Part shown: positions 1 through 8,898 of the stretch, in pieces
Layout: every line of letters begins with the position of its first letter
How positions within the stretch are numbered: the first letter of the stretch is position 1
Source of the DNA: Thermoplasmata archaeon
GTDB lineage: Archaea; Thermoplasmatota; Thermoplasmata; Lutacidiplasmatales; UBA184
DNA length: 64,000 bases
Direction of reading: 5' to 3'
NCBI GenBank assembly: GCA_021798415.1
Contig: JAJZGO010000002.1
Location: forward strand, 159 to 64,158
Program-made: the position numbers and the translations under genes
Notes under the pieces: model-generated
The model's input: only the letters and a program-made list of their open reading frames with translations
Told to the model about the DNA's origin: nothing
The model's database searches: none

Positions 1-76
1 CGGCCGACGCCCGACCGCGTTTCCTGAACGCGGGATGCGCACCGCGCGCCGCCGCCCGACGGCCACGGGAGACCAT

Positions 77-1522
77 ATGCCGACCAACGAGAGCTCACGC
101 TACGAGCGAACGCCGATCCCCGAAGAGTCGATCGCGGATAGGACTCGGACGTTCGGCGAGATCCTCGAGCCGTACTCCTCGGACGAGGCGGTGCTCGAGG
201 CACAACGTTGCCTGCAGTGCGCCATGCCGTTCTGCGTCCAGGCGTGCCCGATCACCCAGGACTGCCGGGGGTACATCTCGCTCATCGCCCAGAAGCGGTT
301 CGACGACGCCGCGCAGCTCACGCTCATCGACAACCCGCTCGCGACCGTGCTGTGCAAGACGTGCTACCACTACTGCGAGGAGGACTGCGTGATGGGCGGC
401 CGCGGCGTCCCGATCGCCATCCGTCACTTGAAACGCGCCGCGCTCGAGCTCGGGCGCTCGGACGCGCGGTACGTCCCGGGGCCGTCCAAGCACGAGCCGG
501 TCGCGGTCGTGGGAGGGGGACCGACCGGGCTGATGGCCGCGTGGGAGCTCGCGCTTCGGGGCTACTCGGTGACGGTCTTCGAATCGGAGCCGTTCCTCGG
601 CGGCCAGGTCGACACGATCCCCCAGTACCACCTCGACGGGACCGAGCTCGACCGTGACCTCGCCCGGTTCCGGGACCTCGACGTCCGGTTCGTGGTCGAC
701 CAGAAGGCGGGCGCCGGTTTCACCCCGGCGAGCCTCCTGGCCCAGGGGTACCTCGCGGTCCTCCTTGCGGTCGGCGCCTCCCGTCCCCGGACGCTCGGGA
801 TACCGGGCGAGGAGCTCCCGGGCGTCTTCCCCGCCCTGCCGTTCCTGCTCGCGGTGAACCGGGGAGCGGAGGGCTCGTTCGGCCGCAAGGGACGCAAGGT
901 CGTGGTGATCGGCGGAGGGGACGTGGCGTTCGACGCCGCCCGCTCGAGCCTGCGCCTGTCGGGGCCGGGCGACGTGACGCTGGTCTACCGAAAGGCGAGA
1001 ACCGACCTGCCCGCGGGCGAGGAGGAGGTGGGCGGGGCCGAGACCGAGGGGATCCGCTTTCTCTTCGAGCGCGCCCCGGTGCGCGTCCTCGGCTCGGGTC
1101 AGGTCTCGGGCCTCGTCGTACGGGCGACGCGCGCGGGACCGGCCGACGCTTCGGGCCGCCCGACGCTCGAGCTTGTCCCCGGTTCGGACGAGACGATCGC
1201 CTGCGACACCGTGATCGTCGCGGTCGGAGAGACGAGCGACCTCGCGGGCCTACCGGGCGAGCTCGACCTCAAGGTCTCGCCCCACGGGTTTCCCGAAGGC
1301 CGCGGGCCGGACGGACGGACCGACGTGGACGGGGTCTTCGCGACGGGGGGCGTCTCCGTGGTCTACGCAATGTCCGCCGGCTCGCGCGTCGCGGAGGCGA
1401 TCGACGCCTACCTCAGCGCGAAGAGCGGACGAGCTCCCACCCCCCGGCCCGACCCGTTCGGACGGGGAGCCCGAGCGCCTCTCCCGGACGGCTACGGCGG
1501 GCCGACCTGGCACTCCGGCTGA
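77..1522 (+). CDS. GltD/SudA(NfnB)-like FAD/NAD(P)H oxidoreductase with two Fe-S clusters
   Basis: RCLQCAMPFCVQACP and CKTCYHYCEEDC Cys motifs, GGGPTG and GGGDVA nucleotide-binding motifs, LVYR. Confidence 0.85.
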   Translation: MPTNESSRYERTPIPEESIADRTRTFGEILEPYSSDEAVLEAQRCLQCAMPFCVQACPITQDCRGYISLIAQKRFDDAAQLTLIDNPLATVLCKTCYHYCEEDCVMGGRGVPIAIRHLKRAALELGRSDARYVPGPSKHEPVAVVGGGPTGLMAAWELALRGYSVTVFESEPFLGGQVDTIPQYHLDGTELDRDLARFRDLDVRFVVDQKAGAGFTPASLLAQGYLAVLLAVGASRPRTLGIPGEELPGVFPALPFLLAVNRGAEGSFGRKGRKVVVIGGGDVAFDAARSSLRLSGPGDVTLVYRKARTDLPAGEEEVGGAETEGIRFLFERAPVRVLGSGQVSGLVVRATRAGPADASGRPTLELVPGSDETIACDTVIVAVGETSDLAGLPGELDLKVSPHGFPEGRGPDGRTDVDGVFATGGVSVVYAMSAGSRVAEAIDAYLSAKSGRAPTPRPDPFGRGARAPLPDGYGGPTWHSG

Positions 1523-1666
1523 ACGACGGGCCGGACCCATCGGGGAAGGGTCCGGGGTCCGGCCGGGGGCGGCGAACCGCTCCTGGCCCGCGCCGCGAGT
1601 GCCTTATCCCGGGTCCCCCTACGGGCCGCTCGAGGCCTCCGGGGTCGGGGACCGGGACACCGCACG

Positions 1667-2047
1667 ATGGCGGAGATCGACCCGGGACGAATCGCGTTGC
1701 GCTTCGTGAACGAGATCAATCGGCACGACCTCGAGGCGCTCGCGGGACTGATGTCGCCCGACTTTCGCCGGGTCGACACGTCCGGCAAGGAGACGCTCGG
1801 CCGGGACCGGGGGTGCGCGGCGTGGGCGAAGGAGTTCACCCGGACCCCCGACCTCCGTCTCGCGATCCACGACCACCTCTGCCAGGGCTCGGTCATCGCC
1901 CTCTTCGGGACCGCGAGCGGAACCCGACCGGGCGGTGTCGGTCTCCCGAGAGAGCACTGGGTCGTTCCGACGGCCTGGCGCGTCGTGGTGCGGGACGCCC
2001 ACGTCGCCGAGTGGCAGGTCTTCTCCCCGCCGGAGCCGGACCGCTGA
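1667..2047 (+). CDS. SnoaL/NTF2-like protein
   Basis: FVNEINRHDLEALAGLMSPDF...WRVVVRDAHVAEWQVF pattern. Confidence 0.75.
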   Translation: MAEIDPGRIALRFVNEINRHDLEALAGLMSPDFRRVDTSGKETLGRDRGCAAWAKEFTRTPDLRLAIHDHLCQGSVIALFGTASGTRPGGVGLPREHWVVPTAWRVVVRDAHVAEWQVFSPPEPDR

Positions 2048-2151
2048 CCCCGGGGAGGCCCGCGCCGCCACGACGCGGCCCGGTCGAGGCGTGGGGGAGT
2101 GGAGTATAAGTCGGCCGTCCGGTTGGTCGGTCGAGCGTGGGAGGGACGTCG

Positions 2152-4092
2152 ATGGTCGGGGGGAAGGGACCGGGCCCGGCCCGCGCGGCACCGTGGGTCC
2201 TCGCGGCGACGGTCGGCGTCCTCGTGCTCGCTTCGCTGTGGGCGGTTCCGTCCGGCCCGCACGGGGCCGGCCCTATCACCGACAGGGCGGCTCCGTCCGC
2301 CGGATCGGGCCATTCCGCCGTGCCGTCCGCACGTGCCCCGGCCCTGAGCTTTCCGTCGATCCCGCCGGGTGCGGTCGGGAGCCTCAACCTCACGGTGTAC
2401 AACCCCGGACCGAACGCGACGGGGACGTACGCTCAGCCGGTCGCGATCAACAGCTCCCGGTATGCTTCGCTGATCAACTCGAACTGGAGCAACGGACTCG
2501 CGGCCTACGCGTCGAACGGAACACCGGTCTACGCGTGGATCCAGTCCGGGGCATCGAACGCCTCGACCGGCACGCTCCTCTGGCTCCGACTCGGCTCGAT
2601 CGGCCCGCTGGCGAGGACGAACGTCTCCTTCTACTTCTGGCCCAAGACCGCGTTCAACCTCTCGGAAGGCGGCTACCTGGGGGAGAATCCCGGGCTGAGC
2701 CCGCAGTACGCCGAGTGGGACAATGGCTGGCGCGTGTTCGACACCTACGAGAACTTCTCGGGCACGACCCTCCCCGCGCGCTGGACCGCCCTCGGTAGCT
2801 GGGCGGGAGCCGTCCGCGACGGTCTCACCGTGTCGGCCGTCTACAGCATGGGCGCGATCGAGGCGCCGCTCGGCGCCTTCGCGTCGCGGGCGATGACGGT
2901 CGAGACGTACGCCCGGATGAACGGCACGGCGAGCCCGCTCTGCCTCTTCGTCGCCGGGGCCCCCGGATTCAGCGGCCAGTACCAGTTCTTCCCCTCGGCC
3001 TACGCCCTGGACGCCGGCGCGAACGGCACGTCGAACGCCGTCCTCCGTTCGAGCAACTCGACCGCCGCGCCCCGCTCGACGACCGGGCCCACTCCCGCGC
3101 CGGTCGACTTCGCCCAGGCCGCGCACGTCATCGGCCTCACTTGGAACGGGACGAACGCGACCGAGACCGGCAGCGTGAACGGGATCCCGTTCGTCGTCCA
3201 GACGAACGCTACGGGCTCGTCCATGGCCGAGTTCGGGGTCGGCGAGTACTGCGACCGGAACTGCTCGACCTGGAACGTCTCGTGGGTGCGCGCGCGCAGC
3301 GTCCCCGACCCGATGCCGCTCGTCTCGAACGGCGGGTTCTCCCCGATCGGCGTCGCCGTCGCCACGTCTCCGCTCGAGACCGACGTGGGGCATCCCGTGA
3401 CGTTCACGTGCCGGGCCGCCGGCGCCGGCGCACCGTTCAACTACACCTGGTCGTTCGGGGACAGCGCCCACGGAGGCGGGGCGGTCGTCCCGCACTCCTA
3501 CGCCATGCCGGGGACGTACACCTCGAGCTGTTCGGTGGTGGGAAGCTCCGGAGTCTCGGGCAACTCGACGGCGACGGTCGTCATCCGTCCGACCCCCGCG
3601 ATCCTGCTCTTCCAGGCGCTCCCGTCCGCGTTCACGCTCGGCGAGACCCTCAACCTGGTCACGAACATCTCGGGCGGCACGGGACCGTTCACCTACGCGT
3701 ACGTCGGCCTCCCGCCGGGATGCCCGGAACGCAACACCTCGACCTTCAGCTGCCTTCCCGGCGTCACGGGAACGTTCGCGATCGAGGTGATCGTCGAGGA
3801 CATCGCGCACGAGTCGACCGCGGCCTGGATCACGATCTCGGTCACCGCCCCGACGCCCCCCGCCAACGCTTCCTCGTTCTCGGCGGTCGAAGGCTACGCG
3901 ATCGCCGGTGCCGTCGCGGGCGCGGTCGTCCTCGCCGGGGTCATTCCCGTGATGCTCTGGAACCGGCACGTCGTACCGCCTCCGCCGCCCGCGCGTCCGC
4001 CCGCTACGGCGCGCGTTCGGACCGACGCCCTCGGGCCCCGCCGGCCGGAAGGGCCGGACGACCCGGACGGTCCGGACGACTTCGACCTTTGA
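2152..4092 (+). CDS. Cell-surface glycoprotein: DUF2341-like domain, PKD domain, C-terminal TM anchor
   Basis: Signal peptide; INSNWSN...NGTPVYAWIQS...LWLRL; YTWSFGD...HSYAMPGTY (PKD); many N-x-S/T sequons; TATA-like GTATAAG at about 2104. Confidence 0.75.
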   Translation: MVGGKGPGPARAAPWVLAATVGVLVLASLWAVPSGPHGAGPITDRAAPSAGSGHSAVPSARAPALSFPSIPPGAVGSLNLTVYNPGPNATGTYAQPVAINSSRYASLINSNWSNGLAAYASNGTPVYAWIQSGASNASTGTLLWLRLGSIGPLARTNVSFYFWPKTAFNLSEGGYLGENPGLSPQYAEWDNGWRVFDTYENFSGTTLPARWTALGSWAGAVRDGLTVSAVYSMGAIEAPLGAFASRAMTVETYARMNGTASPLCLFVAGAPGFSGQYQFFPSAYALDAGANGTSNAVLRSSNSTAAPRSTTGPTPAPVDFAQAAHVIGLTWNGTNATETGSVNGIPFVVQTNATGSSMAEFGVGEYCDRNCSTWNVSWVRARSVPDPMPLVSNGGFSPIGVAVATSPLETDVGHPVTFTCRAAGAGAPFNYTWSFGDSAHGGGAVVPHSYAMPGTYTSSCSVVGSSGVSGNSTATVVIRPTPAILLFQALPSAFTLGETLNLVTNISGGTGPFTYAYVGLPPGCPERNTSTFSCLPGVTGTFAIEVIVEDIAHESTAAWITISVTAPTPPANASSFSAVEGYAIAGAVAGAVVLAGVIPVMLWNRHVVPPPPPARPPATARVRTDALGPRRPEGPDDPDGPDDFDL

Positions 4093-4115
4093 CCGGGCCG
4101 GTTCGCGACCCGCCC

Positions 4116-5864
4116 TCAGACGGCCCCCGACCAGGCCCCGGGAAGCCGGCCGGTCGAGCGGATCTCGGCGAGCGACGCGTGGACGACGCCTTCCCGAGCC
4201 TCATGGGCGACCACCTCCTCGGCGGCGCCCACGGGCACCGACCGGGGGCCCTCCTCGGGAACCGGGTGCCCCGAAAAGCGCAGGATGACGAGCGGGGCGA
4301 AGATCATCGGCACGAGCCAGACCCCGTTGAAGACCGTGGCGAGCGGGTTGAACAGGACCATGCCCGCGAGCAGCGCTCCGTCGAGCGCGAGGGCGTAGCG
4401 CGAGATCGAGAGGACTTCGCCGAGGCCGAGCGCCGCCTCGCTCTTCGGCGTCACGGGCACCTGGCCGAGGCGCCGTCGCAATAGGGCGACCATGCTGATC
4501 GCCTCGTACGGCAGCGAGACCGCGCTCACCGCCGCGCTCAGCCAGCGGTGGCGCCAGTAGGTGCCCCACCCGATCCCGCATTGCCGGTAGACGAGCACGG
4601 TCGGGATCGTCGAGACGACTCCGACCACGAGCAGGAACCGGAAGAGCGGGATCGACCAGAACGTCGTGAGGGGATGGGCCGCGAATTGTCCGAGGAAGGC
4701 GAGCGCGGCGGCCGGGGTCGACGCGAACCCGTAGACGGTGAGGAGCATCCCGAGCGGCAGGATGAGGTTCGTGAAGTGTCCCAGCGGGGTCTGCCAGAGG
4801 TGGAACTTCCGCGAGCGGCTCAGGTTCGAGCGGCGCGAAAACTCGATGAACTCCATCGCGCCGCGGGTCCACTTGTTCTGGCGCTTGATGAACCCGCGGA
4901 CGTTCTCGGGCATCGCCTCGTAGGTGTGCAACGGGACAAAGCGGGAGTGCCACCCCCGGTCGGCGAGGGCGACGGCCGTCGCGAAGTCCTCGGAAACGTA
5001 CCCCTCGACGAAGCCTCCGATCGTGTCGACCGCCGCGCGTCGCACCAGGCAGTTGTGACCGTAGCAGAAGACCGTGTCGAGCGCGTTCGCGAGCCGGCTC
5101 TCCCACACGAACTGGCCGACCCGGGACATCGGGGCGAGCGTCTGGACGAACCGGGTGTCGAAGTTCCAGATGTTGACGAGTCCCTGGAAGATCCCGACCC
5201 GGGCCTGGGCGGGGTGTTCGGCGTACTTGAGCGCTTCTCGCACCCAGTCGGAGGGCAGGAAGGAGTCCGAGTCGAGCAGGACGAAGTACTCGTACGCGGC
5301 CCCGTGACGGGCGTACCAATCGTTGATCGCCCCGGCTTTGAAGCCGCGGCGCTCGGGGCGGCGGAGCACCGTGTACCCCCGTTCCCCCGCGATCCGATCG
5401 ACGACCTCCCGGGCCGCGGGCTCGCTCGAGTCGTCGAGCACGTAGACGTCCACGGGGTAGTCCTGGTGGATCGCGCGCAGGCACTCCGGCACGACGTCGT
5501 TCATCGTGGCGTAGAGGACCGCGACCTTCGGTCGGGTCGCGAGCTCCGCGAGCGCGGGGAGGTCCCCGTGGCGGCTCACGAGCGCGACGACCTGACGGGC
5601 GAGCCCGTACGCCGCCCCCACGAACAGCGCGGCGAGGACCCCGAAGAGCGCGATCGACGCGGGGTGGCTCCACCGGATGACGAAGAACGCCATGCTCCCG
5701 ACGAGGGTCGCGTAGATCCCCGCGAACAGCCCGTAGAAGAGACGGCGGACCCCGGGAAGGTTCGGAGGGGCGCCCTCGTAGCGGATCGGCACGGCGTTGC
5801 CGGGCCGGTCGGGCGGCAACCGGCCCGCGAGCGGACCCGAGAGCAATCGCCGCGTTCCTGGCAT
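4116..5864 (-). CDS. Processive family-2 glycosyltransferase (cellulose-synthase/OpgH-like), polytopic membrane protein
   Basis: LDDS, GFKAGAIN, LDSD, SED and RQNKW (QxxRW-like) motifs; N- and C-terminal TM helices; start could be at about 5750. Confidence 0.85.
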   Translation of the reverse strand: MPGTRRLLSGPLAGRLPPDRPGNAVPIRYEGAPPNLPGVRRLFYGLFAGIYATLVGSMAFFVIRWSHPASIALFGVLAALFVGAAYGLARQVVALVSRHGDLPALAELATRPKVAVLYATMNDVVPECLRAIHQDYPVDVYVLDDSSEPAAREVVDRIAGERGYTVLRRPERRGFKAGAINDWYARHGAAYEYFVLLDSDSFLPSDWVREALKYAEHPAQARVGIFQGLVNIWNFDTRFVQTLAPMSRVGQFVWESRLANALDTVFCYGHNCLVRRAAVDTIGGFVEGYVSEDFATAVALADRGWHSRFVPLHTYEAMPENVRGFIKRQNKWTRGAMEFIEFSRRSNLSRSRKFHLWQTPLGHFTNLILPLGMLLTVYGFASTPAAALAFLGQFAAHPLTTFWSIPLFRFLLVVGVVSTIPTVLVYRQCGIGWGTYWRHRWLSAAVSAVSLPYEAISMVALLRRRLGQVPVTPKSEAALGLGEVLSISRYALALDGALLAGMVLFNPLATVFNGVWLVPMIFAPLVILRFSGHPVPEEGPRSVPVGAAEEVVAHEAREGVVHASLAEIRSTGRLPGAWSGAV

Positions 5865-5889
5865 CGGGCTCGCATGGGGCCGAGGACTC

Positions 5890-5928
5890 TACCTCGGTTT
5901 TGGCGCAAGGCCCGTAACGATTGGTGCG
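5890..5928 (-). promoter_or_regulatory. Module motif copy 1 (minus strand CGCACCAAtcGTTACGGGcCTTGCGCCAAAAccGAGGTA), upstream of the GT2 gene
   Basis: 34/39 identical to the copy at 6823-6861 in inverted orientation; begins 64 nt upstream of ATG 5864. Confidence 0.8.
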
Positions 5929-5980
5929 GGCCCCGTATTCGAGGGAAAGTCACTTACCTTCTCGGACGCGTGGGGGCCGC

Positions 5981-6271
5981 ATGGACCTTCTTACGGTCTT
6001 CCTCGCGGTCGTCCTCGCCGGATTATCGGCCACCCTCTCCGGGATCGGCGTCGCGGCGGCGTCGCGCTACCGCGACCCGAGGCTCGCGCTCGTCTCGGCC
6101 GGGCTCGCGGTCCTCGCCGTCGTCGGCGGCCTCGACGTCTTGAACCAGGTGTCGCCGCGCTACGGCGAACCGTTCGAGGTCGCGCCGGTGCCGCTCGGGC
6201 TGACGGTGCTAGCGGTCGCGCTCCTCTACGTCGCGCTCGTCCGGGGCGCCGCACGGACCCCATCCCCGTAG
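5981..6271 (+). CDS. Small 3-TM membrane protein (module 1, component A)
   Basis: 96 aa, three hydrophobic segments, RYRDPRL loop; paralog at 13555; stop is 1 nt from the HTH start. Confidence 0.75.
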   Translation: MDLLTVFLAVVLAGLSATLSGIGVAAASRYRDPRLALVSAGLAVLAVVGGLDVLNQVSPRYGEPFEVAPVPLGLTVLAVALLYVALVRGAARTPSP

Positions 6272-6272
6272 C

Positions 6273-6797
6273 ATGGAGGGACTGGTCGCGCAGCCCACCC
6301 GCCGGAAGATCGTTGACGTCGTCACCGATCACCCGGGGTCGAGCGCGCGTGAAGTGCAGCGGCGGGCCTCGCTCGGCTGGGGCGAGACCGCGTACCACTT
6401 AGACCAGCTCACGCGGGCCGGGGCGCTGCGTCGCGAGCGCGGCGGCCGCCGCGACTACTACTTCCCTTCGACGATGACCTGGGAGGACCGACGGCTGTTC
6501 CAGGTCCTCCGCAGCGGGACCGAGCGACGGCTGTTGCTCGAGCTGAGCGCGCGGCCCGGCCGCACGCTCGCCGAGCTCAAGGAGGCGACGGGGCTCAGCC
6601 TCTCCACGACCTCCTTTCACCTGCGCCACCTGCTCGCGCAGAGTGCGGTCGAGGGGTTCCGGGACGGGCACCTCCGCCGCTACCGTCCGACGCGCCCGGA
6701 ACGGGTCGCCGCCCTCGTGACGCGGTACCGCGAGTCGTTCGAGGACCGGCTCGTCGACCGGTTCGTGGAGGCCTGGAGCGGCCTCCTCGGAGCGTGA
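6273..6797 (+). CDS. Tandem winged-HTH (ArsR/MarR-like) transcription regulator (module 1, component B)
   Basis: PGSSAREVQRRASLGWGETAYHLDQL and PGRTLAELKEATGLSLSTTSFHLRHL; paralog at 13837. Confidence 0.85.
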   Translation: MEGLVAQPTRRKIVDVVTDHPGSSAREVQRRASLGWGETAYHLDQLTRAGALRRERGGRRDYYFPSTMTWEDRRLFQVLRSGTERRLLLELSARPGRTLAELKEATGLSLSTTSFHLRHLLAQSAVEGFRDGHLRRYRPTRPERVAALVTRYRESFEDRLVDRFVEAWSGLLGA

Positions 6798-6822
6798 GTC
6801 GATGAAGGGACGCTCTGGGCTT

Positions 6823-6861
6823 CGCACCAACGGTTACGGGTCTTGCGCCAAAAGGGAGGTA
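6823..6861 (+). promoter_or_regulatory. Module motif copy 2 (CGCACCAAcgGTTACGGGtCTTGCGCCAAAAggGAGGTA)
   Basis: Matches copies 1 and 3; begins 63/66 nt upstream of GTG 6886/ATG 6889. Confidence 0.8.
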
Positions 6862-6888
6862 TCTCGACGACGTCCGTGGTCGAACGTG

Positions 6889-7878
6889 ATGCCGGGTACC
6901 GGGAAACCCCTTCTGACGGCGATAGCGCTCGCCGTCGCGCTCACGATTTCGCTCGTCGGGGCCGTCGGACCGGCCATCGGTCACGGCCTCCCCGCGGCTT
7001 CGAACCGCGCCGGAGCGGCCGCGTTCTCCCTGACGAACGGTCTCGTTCGAGCTGACTTTCCGACGGCGGCGCCGTCGTTCACGCTCACGTCGGTCGCGAA
7101 CGCATCGCTCGGGCTCTCGCAGTCCCTCGGCGGGCTCGCCGAGGTGAACGGCACCGGCTACATCGTCGCCTTCGCTCTCTTCGGCGGCCCCGGGGTCGCC
7201 TGGAGCGGGTCGACCGGGGGCTCGTCCGCGTCGACCTGGGTGCATCTCGCGGCGGCCGTGCCGGCCCGTCTCGCGAGCGGCGAGTGGGAGTCGGGGGACG
7301 ACGCGCAGGAAGGCGGGAACTCCTCCCTCGGCTCGGTGAACGTCTCCCTGACGTTCACCCTGAACAGCTCGTCGGGCCCCTCGCCCACGACCGTCGGGTA
7401 CCTGCTCAACGTCACGGGCTGGCCGTGGATTTCCACGCTGGATTCCCTCGGGGTCGAGGTCCTCACGAACACGAGCGGGCCGTCCGGGTACTGGCAGTCG
7501 AACGGGGCCAACTCGATCACCGAACGCTCGAGCACGACCGGCGGCACCGTCGCGACGTACGCCTGGGGGACGTCCGCGACCGCGACGTACGCGAGCGGCC
7601 AGGAGTCGGACAGTTCCGTAGGGGCGTACCACAACGTCTCGACGAACCGGCAGAGCTCGCTCGTCCGCCTCGACTTCGGCACCGTGACCGGGGGGTACCG
7701 CTCGCTCGGCTACGACCCTTGGCTCACCCTCGTGGTCGGCAGCCCCCTCTCCCGTCTCGTGCCCGCCTGGCTCTTGGGCCCGGACGCGCTCGTCACGATC
7801 GGCGCCGGTACGGCGCTCTCGATCGCCCTCGCGGCGGTCGCGCTCCGGCGGCGCCGGGCGCCCGAGAGCGAGCTCTGA
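6889..7878 (+). CDS. Exported Ser/Thr-rich beta protein with C-terminal TM and basic tail (module 1, component C)
   Basis: Signal peptide, sequons, TM followed by RRRRAPESEL; paralog at 14441. Confidence 0.75.
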   Translation: MPGTGKPLLTAIALAVALTISLVGAVGPAIGHGLPAASNRAGAAAFSLTNGLVRADFPTAAPSFTLTSVANASLGLSQSLGGLAEVNGTGYIVAFALFGGPGVAWSGSTGGSSASTWVHLAAAVPARLASGEWESGDDAQEGGNSSLGSVNVSLTFTLNSSSGPSPTTVGYLLNVTGWPWISTLDSLGVEVLTNTSGPSGYWQSNGANSITERSSTTGGTVATYAWGTSATATYASGQESDSSVGAYHNVSTNRQSSLVRLDFGTVTGGYRSLGYDPWLTLVVGSPLSRLVPAWLLGPDALVTIGAGTALSIALAAVALRRRRAPESEL

Positions 7879-7929
7879 GCCCGAAAGTCACGCCTCGCAC
7901 GCCTCGCCTGCCTCCGTGGGGGCGAGCGT

Positions 7930-8145
7930 GCGCTTCTCGTTCGTCCCGGCACCGCGAGCCCTTGGGAGACCAGCATCGCGCCCAGGGCCAGACGCCCGAC
8001 AATGGGCCCGAGGTAGGCGAACCAGAAGTAGGATCCCGGCGGCGATCGCGGGCCGCCCACCCGGATCCGGAAGGCGCTTCCGGTCTCCACGCCCGCCCGT
8101 GACGAGGACGGCCCCGAGAACGTAGGGGCCGATCCCGATCAGCAT
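7930..8145 (-). pseudogene. Probable frameshifted small membrane-protein remnant
   Basis: Hydrophobic pieces in alternating frames: MLIGIGPYVLGAVLVTGG / PAIAAG / SYFWFAYLGPIVGRLALGAMLVSQG; ends approximate. Confidence 0.3.
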
Positions 8146-8261
8146 GCGGTTCCTTTCGCATTTTCTGGCAAGATGCGTCCTCCGGGACGGAGGGGACGGC
8201 CGAGGAGGTCGGCATCCTCTGTCGCGACGCGGAGCCGGCGAGGCGAGGGGGACGTCTCCCG

Positions 8262-8711
8262 CTAGCGGGGGCGGTGTTCCCGCCCGCCCCGAACGACGAG
8301 GACCGGGCACGGAGCCTCGTTGACGAGCCCGGAGGAGACGCTTCCGAGGAGGAGGCGGGACCCGCGGGAGAGCCCCCGCGAGCCCACCACGACGAGGTCC
8401 TGGGGGTGCCGGTCCAACCACTCGAGGAGCGCGCGGAGCACGTCGCCCCACAGGAAGACGGTCTCGACCTTGGTGGCGCCCCGGGCGATGGCCTTCTCCC
8501 GTACCTCGTCGAGGATCGTCGCCATGGCGCGCCCGTCGTCGTCGAGCGGGACGAGCCCCTCGAGATACGGGTCGGCGGACGGCCGACGCGCCGGCCGCAC
8601 CACGACGAGGGTGAGCGAGGAGCGGAAGCGGGCCGCGAGCTCGCTCGCCACCTGGCAGGCGCGTCGGGCCTCGCGCGACCCGTCGAAGCCGACAAGGATC
8701 CGGTCGAGCAT
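8262..8711 (-). CDS. Universal stress protein (UspA family)
   Basis: RILVGFDGS...DLVVVGSRG...LLGSVS...PCPVLVV. Confidence 0.92.
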   Translation of the reverse strand: MLDRILVGFDGSREARRACQVASELAARFRSSLTLVVVRPARRPSADPYLEGLVPLDDDGRAMATILDEVREKAIARGATKVETVFLWGDVLRALLEWLDRHPQDLVVVGSRGLSRGSRLLLGSVSSGLVNEAPCPVLVVRGGREHRPR

Positions 8712-8898
8712 CCGTTCTCAACTTCCCAAGTCGACGAACGCTCTTGAGCCGGCGGGCCGCACGTCCCGGACCGGACCGCGAGCGGAGCCCGGGCCCCCAC
8801 CTCGGCCCGGGGTCAGAAGGACCTCCCCCGGGTCCTCGCGGGCCCGGGGTCGGGAAGAAAGGGTTGGTGCCGTAGACCGTCGACCGAGCGAAGCCCCT

